Assembly (NCBI GenBank): GCA_036785375.1
Contig: JAWMAR010000113.1
Location: 124,001 to 188,000 of the forward strand
Reading direction: 5' to 3'
DNA from: Leucoraja ocellata
Lineage: Eukaryota
Length of the DNA stretch: 64,000 nt
The position numbers and the translations under genes are program-made. Positions 49,905-61,969 of the stretch are shown here, piece by piece (positions within the stretch are counted from its first letter, which is position 1; the number at the start of each line of letters is the position of its first letter). The notes beneath the pieces were generated by a model. That model made no database searches. It had not been told where the DNA came from and was given only the letters and a program-made list of their open reading frames with translations.

Positions 49905-50355
49905 TATAGTCCTGCAGCATGGAAACTAGTCCTTTGGCCCAACTCATCCATATAACCATATAACAATTACAGCACGGAAACAGGCCATCTCGGCCCTACA
50001 AGTCCATGCCGAACAAATTTTTTTCCCCTTAGTCCCACCTGCCTGCACTCGTACCATAACCCTCCATTCCCTTCTCATCCATATGCCTATCCAATTTATT
50101 TTTAAATGATACCAATGAACCTGCCTCCACCACTTCCACTGGGAGCTCATTCCACACCACCACCACTCTCTGCGTAAAGAAGTTCCCCCTCATATTACCC
50201 CTAAAATCCACGCCAACCAAGTTGACCCATCTAAGCCAGTCCCATTTACCCTTGTTTTGCCTACATCCCGCTGAACCATTCATATCCATCCATGTACCTG
50301 TCCAAATGTTTTCCAATGTTGTAATTATACCTGCCTCAATTGCATCCTCTAGCAG
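49905..50355 (-). mobile_element. Nested CR1 3' ends
   Basis: RGNFFTQRVVVVWNELPVEVVEAG insert (about 49945-50205) within an older CR1 tail. Confidence 0.8.
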
Positions 50356-50390
50356 CTACATTTGTTGTTCACAAATACTTTGTCTCGATT

Positions 50391-50687
50391 GGGGTAGCGC
50401 GGTGGTAGAGTTGCTGTCTTTGCAGCGCCAGAGACCCGGGTTCAATCCCGACTACAGGTGCTGTCTGTACGGAGTTTGTACGTTCCCTCGATGACCGCGT
50501 GGGTTTTCTCCGGGTGCTCCAGGTTTCTCCCACATTCAAAAGACCTTTGTAGGTTAATAGGCTCCTGTAAAATTATCCCTGGTGTGTGTAGGATGCTGCT
50601 AGTGTACGGGGTGATTGCTGGCCGGCACGAACTCAGTGGGCCAAAGGGCCCGTTTCTGTATTGTATCTCAAGTCTAAAAGTCTAAAG
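50391..50687 (+). mobile_element. V-SINE (HE1-like)
   Basis: B box ggttcaatccc, V-domain, tail. Confidence 0.9.
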
Positions 50688-51296
50688 CTTTTATGTGAAT
50701 CCTGACCATAGATGTGACCATTCAATAACAAACCGCATCATCCTGCCCTTGTCAAGAATGCACAAATGTGCTCCAGCAGTGACATGCACCAGGGAACCCT
50801 GCCATGTCTATATTACTTGGAACCCAGAGGCCAGGTCCATTCCATCTACCTCACCTTGGTAGAGGAGCAAACACCAGTGATCAAAGCTTAGATCTTCCAG
50901 AGTCTTATAACTCAGTTACTCACTGGATAAGCCACTTTGTAAGTCAGCTTTAAGTCCAAGTCATCCATTAAAGCTCGTTCTGTTTGTTATAAAGGTTTGT
51001 ACAATCATATCCCCAATTCAGTTTGGCATCTACCAGATGTAAACTCTCTCACTTGTTCGCTAAAGTTGAAGTGTTCACCTTAACTCACAATGTTATGGTG
51101 GCACTGGAGCATGGAGACTCTTTGTAAGGCCCCAGAGGGGAATCCACTATCATCAAATATAATCTCCCTACTTTTCAAAATCTCTCTTCCACTTGTTGAT
51201 CCAGCACAACTCCATTATACTTGAGTTTGGCTTGATTGTATTCATGCATAGTATTATTTGATTTGATGGGATAGCATGCAAAACAAAGCTTTTTTT

Positions 51297-51582
51297 CAAG
51301 ATGCAGTGTGGAAATAGGCCCTCGGGACAACCGAGTGTGTGTCAACCAGCGATCCCTGCACACTAACACTATCCTACACACACTAGGGACAATTTACAAT
51401 TTTACCAAGCCAATTGATCCTACAAACCTGTGCGTCTTTGGAGTGTGGGAGGAAACTGGGGCTCCCAGAGAAAACCCACGCAGTTCACAGGGGGAACGTA
51501 CAAAATCCGTACAGACCACACCTGTAGTCGGGATTGAACCTAGGTCTCTGGCAGTAAATCTACTGCTACACCACCGTGCCGT
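51297..51582 (-). mobile_element. V-SINE (HE1-like)
   Basis: Reverse-complement V-domain. Confidence 0.85.
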
Positions 51583-52473
51583 CACTGTACCTTGATACGC
51601 GTGACATTAATAAACGTAAAGCTGAGCATCCTCTTTCACTAAGTGGCCTTGCTTTTTGTTTTACAACCTAGCCAGTGATACAGATCAAGTAAGGAATGAG
51701 ATTGCAGAAATTCATTTTGACGCAGGCCCTCACACTCTAAGCTATACTTGAAGATGCCAGAGGACTAATTCACTTCAACACGTTTGATCGGAAAAATGAT
51801 TTGGTGAATGGGATTTGACTTGAATCCCTTTGGACTGTCCAAGCTGTTAACTGCAGATTAGCACTACAAGAGCCATTTTACATATGGGTATTGAAACAAA
51901 GTGCAGGGGCGCCCTCAAGCTTTCAATTGTTTTTTTAAATGATAAAACCCAGCTGCACACGTACTACATCTCATTTTGAAGCATTTGTTTCTGTCAGTCA
52001 GTTTGTTTTCACTTTTAGTTGGTATCTTTGATTTCACATCACAGAACACTGAAAGGCTGAGGCGGAGACCAGACTCTTGAATGCTTTTGTGGCTTGTCTG
52101 ATTCTTATCACTTTGTTTGTGATTCAGTTACTGCAATAAAGATCTTTCAAACCTTTTGGTTTCTACATGCGAAAAGTCTGCAGGTTTGCAAAATTGGTTT
52201 CAGATTCAGATTCAATTTTAATTGTCATTGTCAGTGTACAGTACAGAGACAACAAAATGGTTTCTGGCATGCACTGAGTTCTGGATCTCGTATAGCCTGT
52301 CAAAATGACCGAGGCAAGTCCTTATGATCCAACTTACTGGGGAGACACCCGAGATTCCAGTCAACCCTTGAGTGATCTCTCTGAAGTATTCTATTTCAAT
52401 TTTTGTGATGTAAAAAAAAAAAAAAAAAAAAAAGAATTGCCACGTTTATTAATTTATTTATTTTTTGTTCTAG

Positions 52474-52560
52474 GTTCCCAGGAATCATCTCAGCTGAACT
52501 ATCCAGGGAACTCTGCTCTTATCAGTGGAAGCTCAAACTGGGTGGATAATAATTCATTTG
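52474..52560 (+). CDS. ETS2: ETS2 coding exon 5 (GSQESSQLNYPGNSALISGSSNWVDNNSF)
   Basis: T-rich tract plus TAG acceptor, G|GTATGT donor, 87 nt, phase 1-1. Aligns to human ENQEK...ENSHLTSVPHWINSNTL. Confidence 0.88.
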
Positions 52561-52649
52561 GTATGTCCTTGCCAATTCCATTGAGTGGTACATTTTGACA
52601 ATTACTTTTGTAGTCCAAGTGAACTGATTCCTTGTAATAAGATGAAAAT

Positions 52650-52703
52650 GGGGTAGAAGATTGCAACCTTCACGTGGTCCGCCCTGTTTCAACGAATGCA
52701 ATC
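52650..52703 (+). ncRNA. HDV/CPEB3-like self-cleaving ribozyme with minimal P4
   Basis: P1 GGGGUAG/CCGCCCU (G1-U wobble, one A-C mismatch), P2 GAUUGCA/UGCAAUC, P3 ACC/GGU, L3 UUCACGU, J1/4 GU, J4/2 CGAA. Confidence 0.85.
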
Positions 52704-52753
52704 AAATAAGATCAAATAGAACAAGTTGATCTACAACTTTAGGCTTGCGCAAG
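52650..52753 (+). mobile_element. Short ribozyme-headed retroposon, internally deleted copy, in an ETS2 intron
   Basis: Homologous to 34238-34378. TSD AAGATGAAAAT (52639-52649) / AAGATGAAAGT (52754-52764). Confidence 0.8.
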
Positions 52754-53509
52754 AAGATGAAAGTGGCTGTTTTTGTGATGCTTTGATCTCTGGCCACCAA
52801 GACACTCCATCTATTTTTTTTTTTAGAGCGGAAGGAAAGACCTTTTTGTATATTGCTGCCATGCAGGGTTATTAATGCTGATAATCACTAGTTATTTGTG
52901 TGGTGTAATAGAACTGTGGTCAGAAGTTTGCCACATGCTTCCCAAAACTATTTTATATGAATAGATTAGATTTCTTGTTTATGTCTGCCCAGAAAAATAG
53001 TCACAGGATGAATGCTGATTTTAACCGACTTTCCTGATTTTTGATCTAAAGTGGTTTCCTTGACCCCAAATAAACGTTTCCTTCTCTGAATCAATATAAA
53101 TTGACCTCTTAAAAACATTATGCAAGCCACTTTTCATATTACAGCTTATGGGAAAACTGTGTGTTTATTTTTCTGGCTTGGTGTTTGCAAGTGTAAGCAG
53201 GAGGTCAAAGCAAAATAGTTGATCCAAGTTTCCAAGCTGTGGTCAGTTTTGTCAGCTCAATTGATGTGTAGTGGGTTGGAGAGAGAATGAACCTGGGGGA
53301 GTATATATATATATATTGGAGCAACTCGAGCTGCCACATAGGAACCAAGTGGTGGCAGCCAACATAATACATTAAAAATAACTCCAGGTAATATTAGAAG
53401 TAACTGCTGATGTATTTTGAAGTCAGTTGGGTTTTTGTTGGCTGCATCCCAGTCAAAGAAAACAGTTTGTATATCATTCCTGACGATCTTTTCCTTCAAA
53501 TATTTTTAG

Positions 53510-53719
53510 AATTCAACTCGAGTCAACCTCCGTGTGGGAGTCATGTCTCTGACTTTACTGGAAGTTTCCTCTCTGAGTTGTGTCAGATTTCGTCAGATTT
53601 GAATAACCAGGATTTTCTTGGCTTGAACCGCGACCTCTCGATCCTTGAGATGGGTTATTATTCCATGCAGCAAAAGCAAATGAGCGGCAGCAATCTGCAC
53701 GTGGCTGCAACTGGCACTG
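53510..53719 (+). CDS. ETS2: ETS2 coding exon 6, transactivation region
   Basis: tttttag acceptor, G|GTGAGT donor, 210 nt open frame EFNSSQPPCG...SGSNLHVAATGT, similar to human ..QAPYG..PGSNLNLLTNNS. Confidence 0.85.
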
Positions 53720-54791
53720 GTGAGTATGTGCGGAGGTAGCTAAACGATGAGATGAAAAGTAAAATGGCCGACCCTGTGGTAGCAAGGAGCTGGAGGGGGT
53801 GAACTATTGGTGGTGATGAAATTTAGGTTACTGGTATAGTCACTGCCTTCAAGGCCCGAGTAAAATATTTTATGCATTAGAACAAAGTGGCAGAAAGAAG
53901 GAATTTGAATAAGATACTGAAATCATTTTTATTTATTTATTAATATTTTTATTAGGAGCAATGTACAATAATATAAAATATGAATAGCATATTACATTTC
54001 CTGTACAACTTATTTTTAATTTAATAATAAGAAAATGGTAATAAAAGCAAGAAACAGAAAGAGAATATTATATAAAGTAGTGACATTGTTAGATACTGAA
54101 ATTATGACTGTTTTTTTACATTGATGGGAGAAAGTAAAAAATGGGGTACATAGTTACAAAAAAGGATTTAAATCTGAAGTGATTAGGGATATCTTTCGGA
54201 AAGAGTCAAGAGTATTTAATTGTCACACCGACTACAGAACAATTAAATTCTTACCTGCTGCAGGATATTGGGCTTGTAAATGTATGTGAATAATAATTTG
54301 ATAACCCGAATACTGGCGCAAAAAATACAAGCCAAAATCCTTATACTAAAGACTGCCCATAGTTCATAGGTGAGATTAGTGTTGTGTTGAAGACCCTGAG
54401 GGTGGTGAATCTCTAACTCCTGTCCCAACTTTGTGGAGGTTTGATCACTAAGTAATTAAAGATGGGATGAGTTTTTTTTTCTTTGGAAAGAATGGGGAAT
54501 TGAGGGCTAAGTGGGACAGATGAGTTGAGGGCTGAGGTAGATTGGGAGGTGGGGGTGGATGATGCTGCTTTCATAAGTCGTGAGTAGAATTAGGCCATTC
54601 GGCCCATCAAGTCTACACTGCCATTTAATCATGGCTGATCTATCTTTCCCTCATAATCCCATTCTCCTGCCTTCTCCCCATAACCTCTGACATGGTATTA
54701 ATCAAGAATCTATATATCTCTGCCTTAAACACTGACTTTAAGTATGATCATGTACATTCAGTATGATACTAAATGGAACTTTTTTTTTCAG

Positions 54792-55052
54792 TTGAGACCA
54801 TAAACCAAGGTTCTCTTGAAAGTATGGACAGCTTCGATGGTGCGGACCCCCTGTTGAAATCTTGGAACAGTCAGTCGTCTTTATGCGATGTGCAGCGTGT
54901 TCCTTCTCAAGACAGTTTTGAAGATGATTGCGCCCATTCCTTGTGTCCAAGCAAACCCAATATCTCGTTCAAAGATTACATCGAAGAGAGGAAAGACCCA
55001 TTGGAACAAGGAAAACCTGTCATCCCTGCTGCCGTGCTTGCTGGATTCACAG
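54792..55052 (+). CDS. ETS2: ETS2 coding exon 7, Ser-rich and autoinhibitory region
   Basis: LLKSWNSQSSLCDVQRVPSQDSFEDDC...SFKDYIEERKDPLEQGKPVIPAAVLAGFT. The GKPVIPAAVLAGFT ending is ETS2-type (ETS1 has DKPVIPAAALAGYT). Canonical splice sites. Confidence 0.97.
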
Positions 55053-55719
55053 GTAACAGACCCTTCGGTCATAGAACAGTAAAGCACAAGAAAGAGGTCC
55101 CATGGCCTACAATGTCCATGATGCCAATTTCAACTATTCTCCTCTGCGCACTCGTGATCCATATCTCTCCAATTCCCTGCGTATCCACATGGTTATCTAA
55201 AAGTCCCTAAAATGCCATTATGCTATCGATGCCCACTGCTCTGTGTCCCAAAAAAACCTGCCTCGCTCATCTCCTTCACACTTAGTTATTCTCATCGTAA
55301 AAGCTATGCCCACTAGTCTTTGATAATTGGAGTTATGGGATGAATGCAGGAGAATGGGGTTGGGAGGAAAAGATAAATCGGCCATGATTGAATGGTAGTT
55401 TAGAATTGATGGGCCGAATGGCCTAATTTTCTCCCAGAACTTGTAATTCCATTATTGGGGGGGGGGGGGGGGGTTCTGATCCTTATTTGCTTTGGTTGTT
55501 CTAAACCAATAAAGGAGGCATTGCTTTAAAGTTGGACAATTGCTATTCTGCCAGAAACTGTCAAATTTGAAAGAAAACAAACATTGTCTGATTTTGAAGA
55601 AGATTTCTATCTTCTAGGATGGAGGAGTTAAATGTCCTCCATTTGTAGATCTACAATCTCTTTCATTCCGTAATCAGCCATTTTGCTTCTCGTATACACT
55701 GGTCAGCTATGACAAGCTA

Positions 55720-56033
55720 GTGTTTAGTATGGAGGTGCAGCATGGAGTCTGGTCCTTCGGCCCACAGAATCCCTGCTGACCATCAATCACCAACTCGCAT
55801 TACTATGTTATCCCGCTTCCTCATCCACTCCCTATCCACTCCCTATACACGAGGGGCAATTTAGAGGCCAATTGACCTACAAACTCGCACATCATTGGGA
55901 TGTGGGAGGAAACCCACATGGTCACAAGGGAGAAGGTGCAAACTCCACACAGACAGCACCCGAGGTCGGGATCGAACCTGTGTCTCTGACGCTGCGAGGC
56001 AGCCACGCTACTAGCTGCACCACTGTGCCGCCC
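55720..56033 (-). mobile_element. V-SINE (HE1-like)
   Basis: Reverse-complement head (gcaccactgtgccgccc), B box gggatcgaacc. Confidence 0.88.
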
Positions 56034-56226
56034 TGTGTAATTGTACCTTTGCAAGCTGTTCCTCCTCATTCTAGGAGATGGGGAAACTGCTTATTTCTTC
56101 TTGCATACTCCTGTTTTGTTTTACGCCATAATGAAAATTGATTGCCTTTTGCCAGAGAAAGTTGCTAGAATCCAGATCCGTGGTATTGAAAATATAACTT
56201 TCATCTTCTTTAATTTATTTGTACAG

Positions 56227-56345
56227 GAAGCGGACCCATTCAACTTTGGCAGTTCCTCTTGGAATTACTGACTGATAAATCCTGCCAGACATTTATCAGC
56301 TGGACGGGGGATGGTTGGGAGTTTAAACTTACCGACCCAGATGAA
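56227..56345 (+). CDS. ETS2: ETS2 coding exon 8, N-terminal half of ETS domain
   Basis: [43 protein letters not shown] acceptor, GAA|GTAAGG donor. Confidence 0.98.
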
Positions 56346-56691
56346 GTAAGGCTCTTCGTGTTGTCAGATTATTTGCGTGTGAAAAATGTGGTGTGGGCAG
56401 TCACACAAGAAACATAACAGAACAAGATAAATGCAATGCACTTGGCTGATTCTGAAGGCTACACTCTGAGAAGACAAAAGTCTGAAAATCTCCAAGTCCG
56501 ACACTAATTAGTTTCTTCAGTTTTCAGATTTTTGGCATGGACCAACAAAAGTGAACTAAAAATGACTCTTTGCATTAACCAAGTTTAGATATGATATTAC
56601 CAAATTAAACACTTGGGATTTTTTTTTTTTAAAGTGGATACATGTGGAAGTGTAAAATATGGAATTTTTTGGAGGTGTCTTTTGAATATAA

Positions 56692-56917
56692 TGCCCCTGT
56701 CCCACTTGGGAAACCTGAACGGAAACCTCTGGAGACTTTGCGTCCCACCCAAGGTTTCTGTGCAGTTCCCGGAGGTTTTTGTCAGTCTCCCTACCTGCTT
56801 CCACTACCTGCAACCTCTGGCAACCACCTGCAACCTCCGGGAACCGCACGGAAACCTTGGGTGGGGCGCAAAGTCTCCAGAGGTTTCCGTTCAGGTTTCC
56901 TAAGTGGGACAGGGGTA
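56692..56917. mobile_element. PIF/Harbinger-like MITE, 226 bp, in the last ETS2 intron
   Basis: TIRs of about 85 bp (tgcccctgtcccactt...aagtgggacaggggta) with TAA TSD (56689-56691, 56918-56920). Confidence 0.9.
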
Positions 56918-57239
56918 TAAGGCATCAAATGCTTTCTGCATAAGGAGGACATATTGGCATCTTGTTTTTATTCTTCTTCAAATCTGTTTTCTCTCAAACT
57001 CCACTGGCAACATAACAAAAAGGATGCTGCCTGACCCATTGAGTTACTCCAGCATGTTGTGTCTATCTAACTAAAGAGAGGTTCTGTTCACTGGCTAGTA
57101 TTCACATTGTCCTTGCTTCAAGAGATGACACTTTTCTTCTTGTATCATGTGATGCCTGGTGCCAACATGACCTTGAAGATTAGAGCAGAGTTAAGGTGCT
57201 CCAGAAAAACAAATAGCCAGGACAAGGCTTTACTCGTTG

Positions 57240-58000
57240 AAGATAGGTACAAAATGCAGGAGTAACTCAGCGGGACTTACATATTCACATATTCTGTTGT
57301 GCTGCAGCAAGTAAGAATTTCATTGTCCCATCCAGGACATATGACAATGAAACACTCTCGACTTGGCTTGGCATTTCAGGTTGAGACCCTTCCTCAGACT
57401 GGGAGTCGGGGAAGAGGGAAACTAGAGATATAGAAGGGCACAAAGAACATGTAAGGTGTGAAAAGGATAGATCAAAGCAAACTATTATCAATGTACCAGG
57501 TTCATTCTTGGATGAGGGAAAGATGACAAGGAGACATGCAAACAGTAAAATGAATCGGAAGGACAGTGAAACTAGTATGGGGACTAGGGTCGAGGGAGGG
57601 CATAGGGAGAGAGGGAAAGCAAAGGTTACTTGAAGTTGGAGAAATCAATATTCATACCACTGGGTTAAAGCCTAGTAAACAAAAATTGAACTGCTCACTC
57701 AGTGTGTACAATGGATTTTAGGAGGTGATGCAAAAAGATCATGAGAGGTGGGAGAGATCGAGAAACTAATTATAGTTGCAGTGGACAGCCAACTCTTCTC
57801 CCAGCTAACTGCGGTCTATGCTACATTTTCCTTGATTTTAATTCCCTTTGTCCTATTTTCACACCTTACACTTGCTTATCTATGTATCTCCCTCTCCCCC
57901 GACATCAGTCTGAAAAGGGGTCTCGACCCGAAACGTCGCCTATTCCTTCTCTCCAGAGATGCTGCCTGTTACTCCAGCATTTTGTGTCCATCTTTGCTTC
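57240..58000. mobile_element. Two Penelope 3' UTR copies in opposite orientations (57240-57670 -, 57770-58000 +)
   Basis: Same 3' repeat family. Hammerhead-like core at 57910. Confidence 0.7.
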
Positions 58001-58111
58001 ACACCTTTGTTTTGTTGGCCATTGTTTATTTTGGTCCCACGGGGATCAGTTATTTCCTGCCATTGTAGTACGAAACCCTAAAGCTTTTTCATTTCTTTTC
58101 CGCAAACACAG

Positions 58112-58327
58112 GTAGCTCGTCGGTGGGGCAAGCGGAAGAACAAGCCCAAAATGAACTATGAAAAGTTGAGCCGGGGGCTGCGTTATTACTATGACAAAAA
58201 CATCATCCACAAGACGTCGGGCAAGAGATATGTCTACCGCTTCGTCTGTGACCTCCACAACCTTCTGGGATACACGGCAGAGGATCTTCATGCAATACTT
58301 GGAGTGCAACCAGACACTGAGGATTGA
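58112..58327 (+). CDS. ETS2: ETS2 coding exon 9, C-terminal half of ETS domain and stop
   Basis: [48 protein letters not shown]...[16 protein letters not shown]. The C-terminus matches ETS2 ([13 protein letters not shown]) rather than ETS1. Confidence 0.98.
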   Translation, partial: VARRWGKRKNKPKMNYEKLSRGLRYYYDKNIIHKTSGKRYVYRFVCDLHNLLGYTAEDLHAILGVQPDTED

Positions 58328-60090
58328 TGCGTTTACTGTCGCTGCGTGGTTACAACTGCTAGCGGTGTGAATGTTACTGGTGTGCGGTCAACCCTCTGAG
58401 CTGGTCTGGTGCAGTGGGGACACAGTGGTTACACAATGTGGAACGTTGCCACAGAGGCACCTTGCTTTTCCAAAGATACAACTGGTGACAAAACCTTTTT
58501 CCCCTGTGCTCTTACCTTTTGTAGAGTTGTGCAGTATTAACCAGTTATATCATCAGTTTAGCTTAGCAATGTGGTCATTTTTTAAAATATCCTTCTGATC
58601 TGAGAATTGCCAAATTGTAAAACGAGCTTTTAATTGAAAGAGCTCAACTTAAAAGCCATCTAGCAACAACTTGTTTAACATGGCGTGGGTAAGTTTGTTA
58701 TTATAGTTTCAGACCAAAGACGTTGCCATAGTGGGAGGCTTTTATTTGCATGCACAGCACACTCTGAGGAGCACAATCCTGCCCTTCTGTGATATCTTGT
58801 CACCTGTGGCCAACTAATAATTCTGCACATGATACTGATCAGATTCCTATGTCAAAAATTAACTTGATATAGATACGAGTGGCTAGATTTACATTTTGTG
58901 TCCGCAAAAATGTAGGGGGGTTTGCAGACGACAACGAATTCTCATTTGTGTTTATTACTTTGCTAAATCAAACAACTGCTCAAGGTCAACTTCTGCTAAA
59001 CAAAATGTGGCAGTATTAAACTGTGGCCTAGCAACTATCAGTAAATATTTTAACAACATTTTACATGAGATCGCCCGTGTTTTTTCGTTATTTGTAGTAA
59101 TGGTCACTGCTTGTAAATCCCAAAATGTTTCCATCTTTTTTTTAATTCCACCTATTGCTCCAAATGGTGGTGTTCCTCCAACATGTCCACTTTACCAGGT
59201 ATGTGAAAGGTATCATTTTAAAAATCAAAGTGTAAATATTGCAACACAACCGTACAAGTCTCTGGCAGCTGCTTCCTATCACAGGTCTTTGCTGCCAAGG
59301 TTGGGTCATTGTGAAAGTCAACAAATGCATACTTTTCAGAACGCAATAAGGAGACGACAGCCTCTTCATTGTGGCATTCAGCGGAAGTATGTTGTCAGAG
59401 ACGCTTTTTTAAATTTTTCTTGAGTTTCTGTAAATATTTCATAACTATGGCTTAATAGTAGGGATGCAACACAAATATTTTTGATACCTCTCCGCACTTT
59501 CAATGTAGTAGCTACCCATTGATTCCGTGGTTATTCAATGGAAAAATTAAATAAAACTTGTGCATGACTGGGTCATGGATTGCAAGCTGGTTCCAGGAGA
59601 TAGATGCTCATTTAATGGAACCGATCTTTAATTATCAAATTGATTAAAATGAATGTAAAAGTTTTTTTTTTCTTTAGATGTTATCCCCTGTAATACCTCA
59701 AACCTGTTTTCAGAAAGAGCCTCAATGCAGACTTTAAATAGTCCAACCTGAACGTACCAGTTAGCTACTGAAATGCTTTCATTCTAGACCCAAACTTTCT
59801 GCATGCTAGCTCACTTTAGGACAGGATAGAAGGGGACTAATTTTTACACATAAATTATAACCCACCTCTGGGCTGATGTTGCAGCTGGTTATCTGCACTG
59901 AATCTTAAAATTGTTTTAAATTGAATGAGTGAAGAAAGTCTTTTGATACCATAAGGTTTTCTGAATGCAAAACAATGTATAGTTTTTTTTTGTATAGTGA
60001 TGAGAATTTGAACATTAAATATCAATTGTTTGTATAAATGGTTGTGGTTTTGATATATTTTTGAAATAAATCCATTTCCTGAAATAACTA
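58328..60090 (+). other. ETS2: Probable ETS2 3' UTR with polyadenylation signals
   Basis: Repeat-free AT-rich stretch after the stop codon. AATAAA at 59550-59555 and 60065-60070, the latter followed by a T-rich tract. The exact end is not determinable. Confidence 0.65.
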
Positions 60091-60494
60091 TTGTACTTTT
60101 TTTTAAATTGCAAACTGCGAGAATTAAACATGACTCAAATCTTTATAATGTAGACTATAATCAAAAGCATTTGTAACCAAAGGTCAGGGCCTGATGGAAA
60201 ATAAACTAGCCTTAGATGATATTTCCACAGACAACATGGTTTGTCATTGCATTATTATTTGCTTTATATTCTCATAAGCAAAGTGCATGGGCAGATCATC
60301 TTGTGTTTTAATAAAAAAGAGGTTGTACAGGCAAGGGTTGCTCAGGGATTGGTGATTTGAATGACGTGTACAAGTTCCTGAGTCCTTTTAACATGGTGGA
60401 ATTGGAGCAGGCATTCTCTCTTGCTCTGTGGTTCCAGGTTATAGATTATCTTTTTAATATAAATCTTGAACTACCTCTATTTCTCTCTGTGTGG

Positions 60495-60765
60495 CAAGCA
60501 ACTGCAGATGATGGTTTAAATCGAAGATAGACACAAAATGCTAGAGTAACTCAGCGGGCCAGGCAGCATCTCTGGAGAGAAGGAACGGGTGACGTTTTGG
60601 GTTGAGACCCTTCGTCAGACTGATGAAGTTCTCTCCTACTTTCAGTCCTGACTTGCAATGTTGCCCATCTTTTTTTTTCTCCAGAGATGATGTCTGACCC
60701 GTTGAGTCACTCCAGCACTTTGTGTCTATCTTCGATGTAAACTAGCATCTGTAGTTTTTCTGCAC
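60495..60765. mobile_element. Fold-back Penelope 3' repeat
   Basis: aactgcagatg...gacacaaaatgctagagtaactcagcggg and the inverse arm. Confidence 0.75.
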
Positions 60766-61024
60766 ATGTTGATCGAACTGCCTTCTTTTCCACAGATGAC
60801 ATTAAGTTTCCCGAGTGTCAGTGTTGCAATGCCTTGGGGACGTTTGGAAGATCTTCTAGGTCAGACTTTCACTGAGAATATCCTGCCAAAAATACAAATG
60901 CATCCAATGCACTTAAATGGGCATACTGTATTTTTATCAATTGATCATAAAAATGTGATGACATTTATATAATGCCTTAATTGTAGTACCATGTGTCTGA
61001 ATCTTTAATTCTTGATTCCTTGAG

Positions 61025-61840
61025 GACTTTCATATGAAGAAAGACTGGATATGACTCGGCTTGTACTCGCTAGAATTTAGAAGATTGAGGGGGGATCTTA
61101 TAGAAAGTTACAAATTTCTTAAGGGATTGGACAGGCTAGATGCAGGAAGATTGTTCCCGATGTTGGGGAAGTCCAGAACAAGGGGTCACAGTTTAAGGAT
61201 AAAGGGGAAATCCTTTAGGACTGAGATGAGAAAAACATATTTCACACAGAGTGGTGAATTTCTGGAACTCTCTGCCACAGAAGGTATTTGAGGCCAGTTC
61301 ATTTGCTATATTTAAGAGGGAGTTAGATGTGGCCCTTGTGGCTAAAGGGAGGGGGGTATGGAGAGAAGACGGGTGCAGGATACTGAGTTGGATGATCAGC
61401 CATGATCATATTGAATGGCGGTGCAGGCTCGAAGGGCCGAGTGGCCTACTCCTGCACCTATTTTCTATGTTAATAGAGTCATTATAGGCAATCGTGAGAG
61501 GAATAGATCGGGGAGATGCACAAAGTCTCTTGCCCAGAGGATATGAATCGAGGATTGGAGGACATAGGTTAAAGGTAAAGGGAAAGATTTAATAAGAATC
61601 TGAGTGATAACTTTATCACACAAATGGTGGTGGGGGCATGGAACAAGCTGCCAGAGGAGGTAGTTGAGCAAGGGACTATCCCACTATTTAAGAAACAGAC
61701 AGGTACACGGATAGAACAGATTTGGTGGGATATGGGCCAAACGCGGGCAGGTGGAACTAGTGCAACCGGGCATACGTGTATTGGCTGGTGTGGGCAAGTC
61801 GGGCCGAAGGGCCTGTTTCCACATTGTAACACTCTGACTA
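61025..61840 (+). mobile_element. Two adjacent CR1 3' ends of different subfamilies
   Basis: YSLEFRRLRGDLIESYK... with tttctatg tail at about 61470, then AWNKLPEEVVE... with gggccgaagggcctgtttcc tail. Confidence 0.88.
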
Positions 61841-61969
61841 ATAAATGGTAAAAGGCCTTGTTAATAATAATGATATTGAATGATTTTACAATATCGACGA
61901 TTTAGGTCAAGAGAAGAGGCTGGGCAAGGGTGGAGCAAAGCGACATTGTAAAGTTCTTTGTGACCACAG

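Noticed and set aside
57910-57940. Sense-strand hammerhead about 200 nt upstream of the last ETS2 exon as an active regulator
   Set aside because: The core reads CUGAAAA, lacking the conserved G8, and it is a monomer, so it is probably inactive.
42881-58327. Alternative identity as ETS1
   Set aside because: The N-terminal exons, GKPVIPAAVLAGFT, HKTSGKR and the C-terminus [13 protein letters not shown] are ETS2-type.
58896-59423. 175-aa ORF downstream of ETS2
   Set aside because: Non-ATG start, no recognisable domain, and it lies in the presumptive 3' UTR.
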